A DNA stretch of 63,738 bases, counting the filler. It is 5 parts of 5 records of this genome, joined end to end, with 100 filler letters (N's around TTAATTAATTAA, not from the genome) between each part and the next. Parts side by side here need not be neighbours in the genome. Positions count along the whole stretch, not along the records: positions 17,671 to 35,050 come from SRR31156797_1813; positions 35,151 to 49,225 come from SRR31156797_1815; 3 more parts are not named here. One strand, 5' to 3'. Within the stretch, counting starts at the first letter, position 1. Each line of letters starts with the position of its first letter. The translations under genes were made by a program, and so were the position numbers. Positions 27,286 through 37,947 of the stretch are shown here, in pieces. The notes under the pieces are model-generated. The model was not told where the DNA came from, searched no databases, and worked only from the letters and a program-made list of their open reading frames with translations.

Positions 27286-28713
27286 TTATTCAATCGTCCT
27301 ATGATACTTCACACTACCTTTGTCCAAATATAACAAACCATCTGATACCGATTCAATTAATTCTAAATCATGGGTAATCAAAATAATACAATGCCCTTTT
27401 TGTGCAAGATTTTTAATAAGCTCTGCAGTTAAAGTCATATTGTATCCGTCCAAACCACTTGTAGGCTCATCCAGAACTATTATCTTTTTACTGCTAACTG
27501 ATGCTATAGCCAAAAGAAGTCGTTGTTTTTGTCCTCCGGACAAAGATAAAGGATGTCGATCGATTTCCTCTTCAAGTCCTACACCTTTTAATACAGATAG
27601 TATTTTATCTCGGGTGATTACTTTGTTTGCTTTACCAATGCGAAACTCATCTTCTACAGTTGGCGCATATAATTGATAATCCGCATCCTGCTGAACAAAA
27701 AAAGTACTCCATATACGCTTTTTGCGCTTGGTAGCTTCCCCTGATATATAAACCTGTCCTACATTCTGCTGATACAACCCTGTTAAAACTCTGCACAATG
27801 TTGTCTTTCCTGAACCATTGCCTCCCATAATAGTGAAGATCTTACCTTCGTCAGCGAACATGTCTATATCATCTAGTATTTTCTGTCCAGAGAATGAAAT
27901 AGATATCTTTTCTGTGCTAATACAGCAGCTTTCTTCCTGTCTTACACGTTTACCCAAATTAATAATTGGTGCTTCAAATTGTCTAAGACCCATTTTTTTT
28001 AATTGATCTTGGCTAAGAGATAACGCTTCCTTACGGTTGTATTCTTCTTTGATTTCACCTTTATCCATAACAATCATTCTATCGAATAGTTCTTTTGCAT
28101 AGTGCAGCCGATGCTCAGATAATATTATTGTTGTGCCTGCCTCTTTTAGCCGATACATCAATCTTGATAAACGCACAATGGCATCACCGTCTAAATTGGC
28201 AGACGGTTCGTCAAAAACCAGTATTTTCGGCTCTACAGCACATGCTGATGCAATAGCAATTCTTTGCTTTTCTCCGCTGGACAGAGGGAAAATACATCGG
28301 TCAAGGATAGCGTCTACACCTATTTGTGATGCTGCTTCAACAAGACGTTTTTCCTGCTGCTGTCTTGGCATTGCATTGTTTTCCATGCCAAGCACAATTT
28401 CATCCGTGGTATTTAGCGTAAAAAACTGGCTTCGTGGGTCTTGAAACACACTTCCTATAATTATTCCGATTTCGCTTATTTCCATATCACTTGTATCCCG
28501 TCCCTCCAGCAGGTATTGGCCAGTTAGTTTGCCATGATAAAACTGCGGACAGAGTCCATTGAGTATGCGAGTTAGTGTTGTTTTACCGCATCCACTATGT
28601 CCTGTAAATAGAATAAATTCTCCCTGCTTAACATTCAAAGATATGTTTTTTAACTGCGGTTTATCAATATTGGATGATTGATATTGAAACGACAGATTTT
28701 TAAGTTGTATCAT
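27286..28713 (-). CDS. ECF-type transporter ATPase with two ABC domains
   Basis: GHSGCGKT/LSSGEKQR/DEPSANLD and GGNGSGKT/LSGGQKQR/DEPTSGLD. Confidence 0.9.
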   Translation of the reverse strand: MIQLKNLSFQYQSSNIDKPQLKNISLNVKQGEFILFTGHSGCGKTTLTRILNGLCPQFYHGKLTGQYLLEGRDTSDMEISEIGIIIGSVFQDPRSQFFTLNTTDEIVLGMENNAMPRQQQEKRLVEAASQIGVDAILDRCIFPLSSGEKQRIAIASACAVEPKILVFDEPSANLDGDAIVRLSRLMYRLKEAGTTIILSEHRLHYAKELFDRMIVMDKGEIKEEYNRKEALSLSQDQLKKMGLRQFEAPIINLGKRVRQEESCCISTEKISISFSGQKILDDIDMFADEGKIFTIMGGNGSGKTTLCRVLTGLYQQNVGQVYISGEATKRKKRIWSTFFVQQDADYQLYAPTVEDEFRIGKANKVITRDKILSVLKGVGLEEEIDRHPLSLSGGQKQRLLLAIASVSSKKIIVLDEPTSGLDGYNMTLTAELIKNLAQKGHCIILITHDLELIESVSDGLLYLDKGSVKYHRTIE

Positions 28714-28716
28714 TTT

Positions 28717-29442
28717 TCACCTCCAATAAAGCATGTCAAAGGCACCGACAGCTATAAATGCCATGACTGTCACTATAAGAAAAGCTGTGTCTCTGCAAGT
28801 AAACTTAGTAGGTCTGAAACTGACAATTTCACTATTGAATCCAACACCCCGTACTGTGACCGAGGCTGAAAGGTCTTCTGATATTTTTGTAATGCGTATT
28901 ATAAGTGGTATATACACATAATTTATCACCTGCGGCAAATGAGTAATCGTCCCCCAGAAGCCCACGCCAATCCCGCGGAATTTCTGGGCATTGCGAATAT
29001 GCCTAGCTTCCTCTTTTATCGTAGGAAAAAACCTTAGCATTGCAGCCAAGCCGATACCAACAGCTTTTGGCAGTCCAAGTGTGCTTAATGATGCCATTAA
29101 TGAGCCTGTATGCAGCCTTCCAATTATAACTGCAAAAAGCAACGGAACTATTGCCCTTCTTCCCATCATGCCAATATTAGATATCGATATTGCAATAGTG
29201 CCTGTCGGATTGGCTTCCACCCCTAATAAAGCTAATTTTGTAATGCCCCATAAAATGGCATAAGAAAAAATATAGCCAAGAATACTGCTGCCATGTCCAG
29301 CTAATATATGCCATCCCAACGAAATAATAAACAGATAGAGCAATCCTATTTCGCTATGCACAAAAAGCGAGGCAGTAAGCCCCGCAATAAATAGCAGTAA
29401 ATAGACTTTCGGTTCAAATGGTTTTTTATTTTCATCAATCAT
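28717..29442 (-). CDS. ECF transporter T component (CbiQ/EcfT-like)
   Basis: LRFFPTIKEE..IRNAQKFRG and LSASVTVRG motifs; multiple TM segments. Confidence 0.85.
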   Translation of the reverse strand: MIDENKKPFEPKVYLLLFIAGLTASLFVHSEIGLLYLFIISLGWHILAGHGSSILGYIFSYAILWGITKLALLGVEANPTGTIAISISNIGMMGRRAIVPLLFAVIIGRLHTGSLMASLSTLGLPKAVGIGLAAMLRFFPTIKEEARHIRNAQKFRGIGVGFWGTITHLPQVINYVYIPLIIRITKISEDLSASVTVRGVGFNSEIVSFRPTKFTCRDTAFLIVTVMAFIAVGAFDMLYWR

Positions 29443-30059
29443 GCTATACCTGATGCTTTGAAATGCTTATGCAGCACTTTTGTGCCAATATAATATCCTA
29501 ATACTCCTGCAACAATAGCGCAAACACCGGTTAAGACCATATTCTGAGGCGCACAATATACAGCAGCGATATTTTCAATTGAAGCTGTTGCTGCTGCTTC
29601 ATCCATTCCCATGCCCATAAATGTTTTTATCATAGCATCTTTCATAAAGAACATCTGAACTGTTCCTGCGTAAGTATAGAAAAGCCAATGAATTGTATAA
29701 GGGATTACAGGTCTCCACTTTTTCTTCCAGCCTCCTATCATAGTTAATTCTCCAATTATTCCTCCTATGCATATTATGATGCACGTTACTACTGAGCCAG
29801 ATATCAGATAGAACAAGCCAAAGATTAATGCAAGAATAAAATGTGATCCGTGTTTGGGGCTTTTGGTTATCATAAGTACATATATAATACCTCCAATAAT
29901 CGCAGGTACAACTAATCCTACTACCGAGGATAGCAGTATACCCAACGGTGCGATAAACGGCACCATTATTATTGCTGTAAGCAGTAATAAACAGCTAAGC
30001 AATACACAAAGTATTAAATCCTTAAGCCCAATAAATTTACGTTCTGATGTATTTTTCAT
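29439..30059 (-). CDS. MptD-family putative ECF S component
   Basis: N-terminal LKDLI, six TM segments, C-terminal LHKHFKASGIA. Confidence 0.8.
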   Translation of the reverse strand: MKNTSERKFIGLKDLILCVLLSCLLLLTAIIMVPFIAPLGILLSSVVGLVVPAIIGGIIYVLMITKSPKHGSHFILALIFGLFYLISGSVVTCIIICIGGIIGELTMIGGWKKKWRPVIPYTIHWLFYTYAGTVQMFFMKDAMIKTFMGMGMDEAAATASIENIAAVYCAPQNMVLTGVCAIVAGVLGYYIGTKVLHKHFKASGIA

Positions 30060-30098
30060 ATAAGTTCTCCTGTTTTTATTTATGTAATTTTGATATAA

Positions 30099-31854
30099 CT
30101 ATTTTTCCTTATCAATATTCCAGTCTAAATTCTGTTGCTGCATGTTCCATAATTTTGCGTATATTCCATTGTGCTGCATAAGCTCTGTATGTTTGCCTGA
30201 TTCTGCAATTCTGCCTTGATCCATCACTAATATTTGATCAGCATTTTGAATAGTTTTCAACCTATGAGCAATCATAATAACCGTAGTATCCTTCACCAAT
30301 TCACCTACTGCCTGCTGAATCAATTTTTCATTTTTCGCGTCCAGGCTTGCCGTGGGCTCATCAAGCAAAAGAATAGGTGCTTTTTTCAGTATAGCTCTTG
30401 CAATAGATATTCGCTGTTTCTCACCGCCCGAAAGAGTGGAGCCCCCTTCACCTACAATGGTATCGTAGTCATCCGGCAAGGCAATTATAAAATCATGACA
30501 TCCAGCTTTTTTAGCAGCTTCTATCATGTCTTCCTCGGTCGCATCTTTTCTTCCGAACATAATGTTTTCACGTAGCGTATCATGGAAAAGATATACATCT
30601 TGCATCACCATTGATATATTTTCCTGCCAAAGCTCTGGAGCAGTATCTGCAAGCGGTAAATCATTGCATAATATACTGCCGTCAGTCACATCCCAAAAAC
30701 GGGCAATTAATCGCAGTATGCTACTTTTCCCACTGCCTGACGGACCTACTAGGGCAGTAAGTTTCCCCTTTGGTATAGTAAATGAAACTTCATTTAATGC
30801 AGGCTCACTGACAGCAGAATATCGAAAGCTGACATTATCAAATTTGATTTGCGGATTTAAATCGGGCTGTTTATCTCCCTTCATTTCGTTTTGACTCATT
30901 GTTCTATGCAGTCTATTTGCAGAAATATAATTCGCCCTAAGTATCATCATATTACTGATTGATATAATAACGGGGCTCAAGATTTTTGTTCCAATTATCG
31001 TTATGCTAATAAATTCTACAATCCCGATCTCTCCACCCAGTAGCAAATATCCGCATGCTACACACAAAAGAGGCAGACCAAATTGCACTATTGTTGTGCA
31101 GAGTCTCATTAGGCTTCCGGATCCGCTTTCTTCCTTGATGCAGCTTTTCATCAAATTGTAATAAGCATCCTTTAATTTTCCGAATCCCTCACCTGTTTGA
31201 TTGTAGCTTTTTAGATTTTTCATGCCTTCTAAGTATTCATTTAGGTTTGATGCAGTATGGTCTCTAGCCTCTGCAACACGTGATGAATTTCTTTCTAATG
31301 TTTTCATAGACAATACTAACAATACCGCAGAAATCGGAAGCGAAATATAAAAAGCCATCGCCATAACCGGATTGAATATAAACATAAAAACAAAAGTAAG
31401 CACGCTGGAAAGCATTACACTAAAAAGTCCTGACAAATACCCTGTCATTGCAGATTGAATATTAACAAAATCAGTAGTAAAATTATTAATCAATTCCCCT
31501 GTTTTTTTATTTGAAAAGTAACCCAGATGCAAATTGCGCAGTTTTTGTACATACTCGATGCGGTCCTGCGCTATGTTATTAGCCGATGGAGTAAAGGTAT
31601 TGCTGAAGGTTCCCCAACCAATAAAAAACTGGATTATCGCCAATACACAATACAATAAGTAAACCTGATAAAATCAGCATATTATGCATATTTATCGCTT
31701 GATAATCATAAAAAGCTTTGGCAATCATATTTATCGCAATGTAGACAATAACAGCAGGGAACATATTAAAGAAGTCTTCGAAGAATATCCAAAGCGCAGG
31801 TCGAATAATTTGGTGCGGCTTTCCAAATGTCATTTTTTTAATAATTTCATTCAT
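30099..31854 (-). pseudogene. ABC transporter permease/ATPase (YbtQ/IrtB-like), frameshifted near the 5' end
   Basis: The N-terminal part (MNEIIKK, start 31854) and the main part (GPSGSGKS, LSGGEKQR) are in different frames; CAATACA is tandemly duplicated at 31641-31654. Confidence 0.8.
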
Positions 31855-33659
31855 AAACATTCCTCTTTACTATTGCTCTCTAGCGTCCACTCATCAACTT
31901 CATTCTGTATTGTCCAAAGTTCACCATACACTTTATCCAGTTCCAAAAGTTGTTTATGAGTTCCTTGTTCAATTATTTCACCCTTATTCAAAACAAATAT
32001 CCGGTCAGCATTTTTTATACTGCATAGCCTGTGTGCAATAATGATAACCGTTCGTCCGTCTATTAGCTCATCAATAGCTTTTTGTATTCGGTTTTCATTC
32101 TCGGCATCTGAATACGCTAAAGCCTCATCCAAAATAACAATTGGTGCATCTTTTATAATCGCTCTTGCAATCGCAATACGCTGTACTTCGCCGCCGGATA
32201 AACCAGCTCCGCCATTTCCTATTTTGGTTTCATATCCATTTGGTAGATTCATTATAAAATCATGACATTGAGCAGCTTTTAACGCTGCAATCACTTCATC
32301 TTTTGATATATCTCTGTTCATCGTAATATTTCCATAAACGGTATCGGAGAAGATAAATGTATCCTGAAATACAAAAGCAACCAAATCCATAAGCTCTGTC
32401 AATCCAATGTCCCGAATATCTATTCCGCCTATGGTAATCTTGCCGCTGGTTACATCCCAAAATCTGCTTATTAACTGCCCTGTGGTGCTTTTTCCTCCGC
32501 CTGAAGGCCCTACTAAGGCAGTCATTTCGTTCTGCTTTGCTGTAAAGCTTATATTTTTTAATACAAATGTATGCAGCGGGTCAGCTGCATCCTGATAGGA
32601 AAATGAGACATCACAGAATTCTACATTATACTTTTGAGGAGTTATATGGTTCGGCATCTCGGATATTGGCTCCAAATCCATAATCTTGTCAATATTGTAT
32701 AACGCTACTGAGATGTGCCCCATACGTGTGCCGTAATTGACCAATTCCATTAGCGGACTGCATATTGCAGGCGTGATTATCAGTCCCATTATGGATGCTA
32801 TAAGCACCGTGTTGTCTCCGGGATTGAGCCAGATAAGCAATGTACTGACAGGCAAAATAACCGAAAGTAAAGATAATATTATTGTTTTATACCCTTCATA
32901 ATACGGACCTGATCTTTTATACAGTTTTCTCTCCCACTCTCCGGACTTCTTTGTCGCTTCACTTAGCCCACGTGTTACTTTCCCAGTTAGACCAAATAGT
33001 TTTACTTCTGCAATGCCTTTTATGTATTCTGAAAACGCACCTGTCATCTTGCCGGATACAGATGCAATACCTGTTAATATATCCTGTCCTCTATTTCCGC
33101 CCCATACCAGTAGCTGCAGTGTACAGCCGCCTATAACCGCCAGAACAACCGCAGTAACCAGCCAAATATTTAAGCTGCCGAGTCCAATAATTAATGCTGT
33201 AACAACGCAAGCTGAGCCAATTAAATCCGGAAGCAGGTGAGCAACAAAAATTTCGATTTGCTCTATACTGTCATCCATTGTTTTTTGTATGTTCCCTGTT
33301 GTATTGTCAGTAAAAAATCCCATGGGTAATCGTCCCATATGCTGCATTACTCTCACCCTGATTCTATATAGCAGCGAAAATGCAGTTCTGTGTGCCAAGA
33401 AGCTGCCAATAAATGAAAATAAACCATTAATCAAAACACTTGCACCCGCTATGACCGACCAAAGAATAATAACAGATTTTGTTTCATCTGCATCTCCTGT
33501 ACCCATAAGCAGTTGTACTGCTATATGGTAAACAGACAAATATGGTATCATACCTGCCAATCTGGCAATAGCGGTTGATATGCAGCTTAATGCCATTTTG
33601 TATTTTTCTTGATTTGCAATAGAAAAAAGTCGCGAAAGAACAGGTCTCTTCTCTCTCAT
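31851..33659 (-). CDS. ABC transporter permease/ATPase (YbtP/IrtA-like)
   Basis: RBS GGAGG before MREKRP; AHRTAF, IEIFVAHLLPD, GPSGGGKS, LSGGEVQR. Confidence 0.9.
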   Translation of the reverse strand: MREKRPVLSRLFSIANQEKYKMALSCISTAIARLAGMIPYLSVYHIAVQLLMGTGDADETKSVIILWSVIAGASVLINGLFSFIGSFLAHRTAFSLLYRIRVRVMQHMGRLPMGFFTDNTTGNIQKTMDDSIEQIEIFVAHLLPDLIGSACVVTALIIGLGSLNIWLVTAVVLAVIGGCTLQLLVWGGNRGQDILTGIASVSGKMTGAFSEYIKGIAEVKLFGLTGKVTRGLSEATKKSGEWERKLYKRSGPYYEGYKTIILSLLSVILPVSTLLIWLNPGDNTVLIASIMGLIITPAICSPLMELVNYGTRMGHISVALYNIDKIMDLEPISEMPNHITPQKYNVEFCDVSFSYQDAADPLHTFVLKNISFTAKQNEMTALVGPSGGGKSTTGQLISRFWDVTSGKITIGGIDIRDIGLTELMDLVAFVFQDTFIFSDTVYGNITMNRDISKDEVIAALKAAQCHDFIMNLPNGYETKIGNGGAGLSGGEVQRIAIARAIIKDAPIVILDEALAYSDAENENRIQKAIDELIDGRTVIIIAHRLCSIKNADRIFVLNKGEIIEQGTHKQLLELDKVYGELWTIQNEVDEWTLESNSKEECL

Positions 33660-33682
33660 ATACAGCCTCCAATTAGTCGTAA

Positions 33683-33696
33683 TTAGCAACAGCTAA
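33683..33696. promoter_or_regulatory. Palindromic operator candidate upstream of the ABC/ECF operon
   Basis: TTAGC-AACA-GCTAA about 25 nt before the start codon, in the divergent promoter region. Confidence 0.35.
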
Positions 33697-33874
33697 CTTT
33701 CGGTAGAATAGCACGATATATATTGACCGTCAAAAAGAATAATTGGGTCAAACAGATACTATAGAATTAAAATCAATGGTATGTTATCATATATAAATAT
33801 GAATTCAGTTGGTTGCTCCGCAATTTTTTCCTAGTTGCAAACTACACTAAAAGATACTTTTTGTTGGAGATAAT

Positions 33875-34831
33875 ATGGATATTTATAATAGCATTGAAGA
33901 GATGGTTGATACACAAATTAAAAAAGGCTGGAAGAAAACATTACATTCTAAAGGCTTTACACTTGAGCCTACTGATGGTACAGCAACAGGGAGCATGTCA
34001 ATATGGGGCGACCCTCGCTATGCCTGCTTTATCGATTCTGATGCTATTTTCCATACAGAATTAATGGAAATGCAGTATTGTTCGGAAAGAGGAATACAGA
34101 TTACTCTGGTGGAAAACATGGATGTTGAGTATTACAATGACGAAAAAGACAAGGAAAATTCACGTTTTGGCGTCTTTTGCTATGTGAATAATGTACCGAT
34201 TCCTTGGTTTAAGCGTTATCCTGCCGGAACAGTTCAGAGCGGATTAACTATCCGTATTATGGAATCGTTCTTTCAAGAATCTAATATTAATATGCCCCTA
34301 AACGGATGGGATCGTGCCGCCAGAAGCATTAACCAGCGAGATATGTCTTTGCCTGCGCTTGCCAATATATGCCGTCAAATAAAACAATCTACTATTGATG
34401 ATGAATGTTTTCCAATGTTCTTTAAGGCAAAATGTATAGAGTCAATCAGCCTGCTCCTTGACTATGCTTTTCAAATAGAACAGCTGGATTTATGTTCTAT
34501 AACTGAAAGGAGTCGCCTGTCCGTAAAGAAAGCAATTGAGATATTAAACGATTCCTTTGCTTCACCACCGATTATCAGTGACCTTGCGCAAATTGTCGGT
34601 TTAAACAAAAAAACTCTGCAATTCGCTTTTAAGCAGATAGTCGGACAAAGCATTCACAAATATGTAAGGGCTTTACGAATGCAAAAAGCTATTATACTTC
34701 TGGAAGATAAATCGATAAAAATTGAGGATATTTCAATTAATGTAGGGTACAAAAGCAAAATTCATTTTTACAATGCATTCAAAAACACTTATGACTGTAC
34801 TCCGGCTGAAATGAGAAGAACGGGATATTGA
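33875..34831 (+). CDS. AraC-family regulator (PchR/YbtA-like)
   Basis: PPIISDLAQIVGLNKKTLQFAFKQ..VGYKSKIHFYNAFKNTYDCTPAEMR; divergent from the transporter operon. Confidence 0.9.
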   Translation: MDIYNSIEEMVDTQIKKGWKKTLHSKGFTLEPTDGTATGSMSIWGDPRYACFIDSDAIFHTELMEMQYCSERGIQITLVENMDVEYYNDEKDKENSRFGVFCYVNNVPIPWFKRYPAGTVQSGLTIRIMESFFQESNINMPLNGWDRAARSINQRDMSLPALANICRQIKQSTIDDECFPMFFKAKCIESISLLLDYAFQIEQLDLCSITERSRLSVKKAIEILNDSFASPPIISDLAQIVGLNKKTLQFAFKQIVGQSIHKYVRALRMQKAIILLEDKSIKIEDISINVGYKSKIHFYNAFKNTYDCTPAEMRRTGY

Positions 34832-34913
34832 ATCGTCCTTTACGCACCTAGGACTGTACAAAAGTTGAACTGAGGTTGTTACTAACAGCGATTTCGGCTT
34901 AACAACTTAAAAC

Positions 34914-34945
34914 AGGCTCTACAAGGCGACTTGTGGAGCTTTTTT
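34914..34945 (+). terminator. Rho-independent terminator
   Basis: AGGCTCTACAAG-gcga-CTTGTGGAGCTT followed by a T-run. Confidence 0.75.
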
Positions 34946-35050
34946 CAATGTATCAAATTCGCAGTTTTTTGTTACTTTACAGCGCAATAGCAGATTTGAT
35001 ATAATTAGTACAAAAGGCAGATGAGTTTGAGAGAAAATTATTTTGTAAAG

Positions 35051-35150
35051 NNNNNNNNNNNNNNNNNNNNNNNNNNNNNNNNNNNNNNNNNNNNTTAATT
35101 AATTAANNNNNNNNNNNNNNNNNNNNNNNNNNNNNNNNNNNNNNNNNNNN
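35051..35150. other. Artificial contig spacer
   Basis: N-run with TTAATTAATTAA. Confidence 0.98.
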
Positions 35151-35626
35151 TCTTGCGAAATAATGTGCTTTAGATTTAAATAATCATTATATATTATACC
35201 ATAAAAATATTTATATATATTAGAATAATATAAAATTATAATCAAAATTCCCCACTATAATCTAAAAAAAAATAGTTAAGTTTCGCGAAAAAAAAGGAAA
35301 AATAGAATTAAATTAGTATATAAATTTATGGTAAGGCGGATGGATGGGATTATAAGTTTTTAAAAAGGTTTGGTGATTTAGATGGTAAGATTTTGGATGA
35401 TTTTTGGGCTTATAACATTGATAAGTTTACTATCGAACGCATAAGGGAAAATAATAAAAAAAGTAAAAGTAGCTGTTTTTAGCAGTTACTTTTACTTTTT
35501 TTATTATTGGATTTTATTATGATTTATCCTATTAATAATATAAAATTAAATTAATTTTAATAAAATATACTGTCATTATGATAGAATATAGCTAAAAATC
35601 ATATAAATTAAAGTTAGGAGAAAGTA

Positions 35627-36187
35627 TTGAGAAAATTATTTTTATTATTTTATATTATTACATTCTGCTCTTGTTCGATTCTTGAAAATAAAAAAAGAGA
35701 ATGGGTTAATACAGATAAAATTATTGAAAAACAAAATTTACTAAAAACAGGAGATATTTTAATTGTTAACAAACGTCTTGACCCTTATTCCATTTGGGGA
35801 CATTCGGGGATTTATATTGATAAGTATAACTATATCGGAGAGTATCCTCAGATAGGTTATGGTTTCTTTTATGTCCCCAGTGAAATATGGGCGTCAGAAT
35901 TAAAAAATAGAAAAATTATTGTATTAAGGTTAAAGAACATCAATGATGAGTTTCGAAAAGACTTAGAAGCTGAAATAGACGCAAATAAATATAAAAATTA
36001 TAGAATTGTTTTAGATAAAAATAGTAATGAAGCTTACTATTGCTCGCAGTGGGTATGGAAGATGTTTCAATTAACTGCTGCCAAATATGGACAAGATCTC
36101 GATTTAGACAATAATGGTGGTTTACTGGTTCTTCCATATGATTTTTTAGATTCAGAGTTTCTTGAGGTCGTAGATTTAAATATATAA
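35627..36187 (+). CDS. YiiX/YebB-like permuted papain-like (N1pC/P60) lipoprotein
   Basis: TTG start after AGGAG; Cys-containing signal peptide; KTGDIL, WGHSGIY, YYCSQWVW. Confidence 0.8.
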   Translation: MRKLFLLFYIITFCSCSILENKKREWVNTDKIIEKQNLLKTGDILIVNKRLDPYSIWGHSGIYIDKYNYIGEYPQIGYGFFYVPSEIWASELKNRKIIVLRLKNINDEFRKDLEAEIDANKYKNYRIVLDKNSNEAYYCSQWVWKMFQLTAAKYGQDLDLDNNGGLLVLPYDFLDSEFLEVVDLNI

Positions 36188-36278
36188 GGAATCTTTGGAA
36201 ATATGTAGTAAAATATTATATAAGAGTATTCTTATTTTTCGTGATAGTTTTAACAATTTTTTGGAGGGAGGATACATT

Positions 36279-37709
36279 ATGTCAACGAAACTAAAAGAGA
36301 AACCTTATTCTGTAAAAAAGATGCGTTTGAAATTAGCAGAACTACAAAGAGAGGCAAAAGAAAAGAAATTGCCTATTCTTATAATATTTGAAGGCCTGGA
36401 TGCTGCAGGGAAAGGAACATTAATAAATGAACTTTTATTATCCCTTGATCCAAGAGGATATAAAGTATTTTCAAATATTAAAGATACAGAAGAGGAAAGT
36501 TTAAGACCTTTCTTTTGGAAATTTTGGAATCATTTACCTGGTGATGGAGAGATTGCACTATTTGATAGAAGTTGGTACTATTCATTACTAAAAAAACATT
36601 CAGGTGATAAGGAAAAGAGCAAAGAGATAATCAAGGAAATAATTAATACTGAATCTATGTTGGAAAAAGATGGGACATTAATAATTAAATTCTTTCTCCA
36701 TATAGATAAAAAAACACAGAAAAAAAGACTTGAAAAACTTGAGAAAAGCGATTCTACATCATGGAAAGTAAATGAAAAAGACTGGAAAAATCATAAAAAA
36801 TATGATGAAATTTATAATAATTATAAAAAAATCATTAAAAAAACAGATTTAGATGAATGTAAATGGCATTCAATCGATTCAACGGATACAAAAAAAGCCA
36901 GAGACGAAGTATTTGATTACATGATTAAAGAAATAGAGAACTATTTTAGTGAAATAAAAGAGGAAAAAGATATTTTATTAGCTGATAAAGAGTATGCTCT
37001 TAATTTAGATGATGTTGATTTAAGCCAATATATTGAAAAAGAAGTTTATGAGAAAAAACTAAAGAAATATCAAAAAAAATTACGTGAGTTAGAGCATGAG
37101 TTATATATAAAAAGAATTCCATTGGTGATTGCATACGAAGGCTGGGATGCAGGAGGAAAAGGCGGAAACATTAAAAGATTAGTTCAAAACCTTGATCCAA
37201 GAGGATATGATGTTATTCCCATAGCTGCCCCAAATGATATAGAGAAAAAGCATCACTATTTATGGAGGTTTTGGACTAAGTTTCCAAAAGGTGGTCATAT
37301 TGCGATATTTGATAGAACTTGGTATGGGCGTGTTTTAGTAGAAAGAATAGAAGGCTTTTGCTCAGACAATGAATGGAAAAGAGCATTCCAAGAAATTAAA
37401 CTAATGGAAAGACAATGGACAAATGACGGAGCAATAGTTTTAAAGTTCTGGATACACATTGATAAGGAAGAACAGCTAAGAAGATTCAATGAAAGAAAAG
37501 GAAATCCTCATAAACAATGGAAGTTAACAGATGAGGATTGGCGAAATAGAGAAAAGTGGGATGTCTATAAAAATGCAATTGAAGAGATGGTTGTTCGTAC
37601 AAGTGTCAAAGATGCACCTTGGCATGTGATCGAAGGAAATCTAAAACTTCATGCAAGATTAAAGGTAATGGAAATTGTGATAGATGCAATAGAGAAAAAG
37701 TTAAATTAA
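36279..37709 (+). CDS. pap: Two-domain polyphosphate kinase 2 (polyphosphate:AMP phosphotransferase)
   Basis: Duplicated EGLDAAGKG/EGWDAGGKG and FDRSWY/FDRTWYGRVLVER; RBS GGAGG before MSTKLK. Confidence 0.9.
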   Translation: MSTKLKEKPYSVKKMRLKLAELQREAKEKKLPILIIFEGLDAAGKGTLINELLLSLDPRGYKVFSNIKDTEEESLRPFFWKFWNHLPGDGEIALFDRSWYYSLLKKHSGDKEKSKEIIKEIINTESMLEKDGTLIIKFFLHIDKKTQKKRLEKLEKSDSTSWKVNEKDWKNHKKYDEIYNNYKKIIKKTDLDECKWHSIDSTDTKKARDEVFDYMIKEIENYFSEIKEEKDILLADKEYALNLDDVDLSQYIEKEVYEKKLKKYQKKLRELEHELYIKRIPLVIAYEGWDAGGKGGNIKRLVQNLDPRGYDVIPIAAPNDIEKKHHYLWRFWTKFPKGGHIAIFDRTWYGRVLVERIEGFCSDNEWKRAFQEIKLMERQWTNDGAIVLKFWIHIDKEEQLRRFNERKGNPHKQWKLTDEDWRNREKWDVYKNAIEEMVVRTSVKDAPWHVIEGNLKLHARLKVMEIVIDAIEKKLN

Positions 37710-37715
37710 ATTGAG

Positions 37716-37747
37716 AAATGGCGTTATCATTAAGATGACGCCATTTT
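37716..37747 (+). terminator. Rho-independent terminator
   Basis: AAATGGCGTTATC-attaa-GATGACGCCATTTT. Confidence 0.75.
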
Positions 37748-37880
37748 ATTTGACCTTCTAAGAAAAGTCCTATAATTAAATATATGATAAATGATTTTTC
37801 AAAAATTCAAACAAAAAATATTAAAGATATCTCCTAAATTTTCTTTCATAAAAATTAGATAATATTGCAAAATTGAAAAT

Positions 37881-37916
37881 TTCTATCACATTTTCATAAC
37901 ATTTTATGTTTATAAT
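37881..37916 (+). promoter_or_regulatory. Pho-box-like promoter, copy 1
   Basis: TTCTATCACATTTTCATAACA, 9 nt, TATAAT; the 21-mer is identical to the one at 40803. Confidence 0.6.
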
Positions 37917-37947
37917 ATTATTAACAATTTAAGGGGGAAATATTTAA

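Noticed and set aside
27069-27377. 102-aa plus-strand ORF
   Set aside because: It crosses the palindrome cluster and overlaps the ABC gene antisense; no RBS or protein-like features.
31579-31860. 93-aa ORF as a separate gene
   Set aside because: It is the 5' part of the frameshifted ABC transporter gene.
34850-34945. Possible structured ncRNA after the AraC gene
   Set aside because: Only the terminator hairpin is well supported; I could not recognise a family.
35328-35482. Open stretch upstream of the YiiX-like gene
   Set aside because: The longest frame has no start codon and the ATG frames stop within a few codons.
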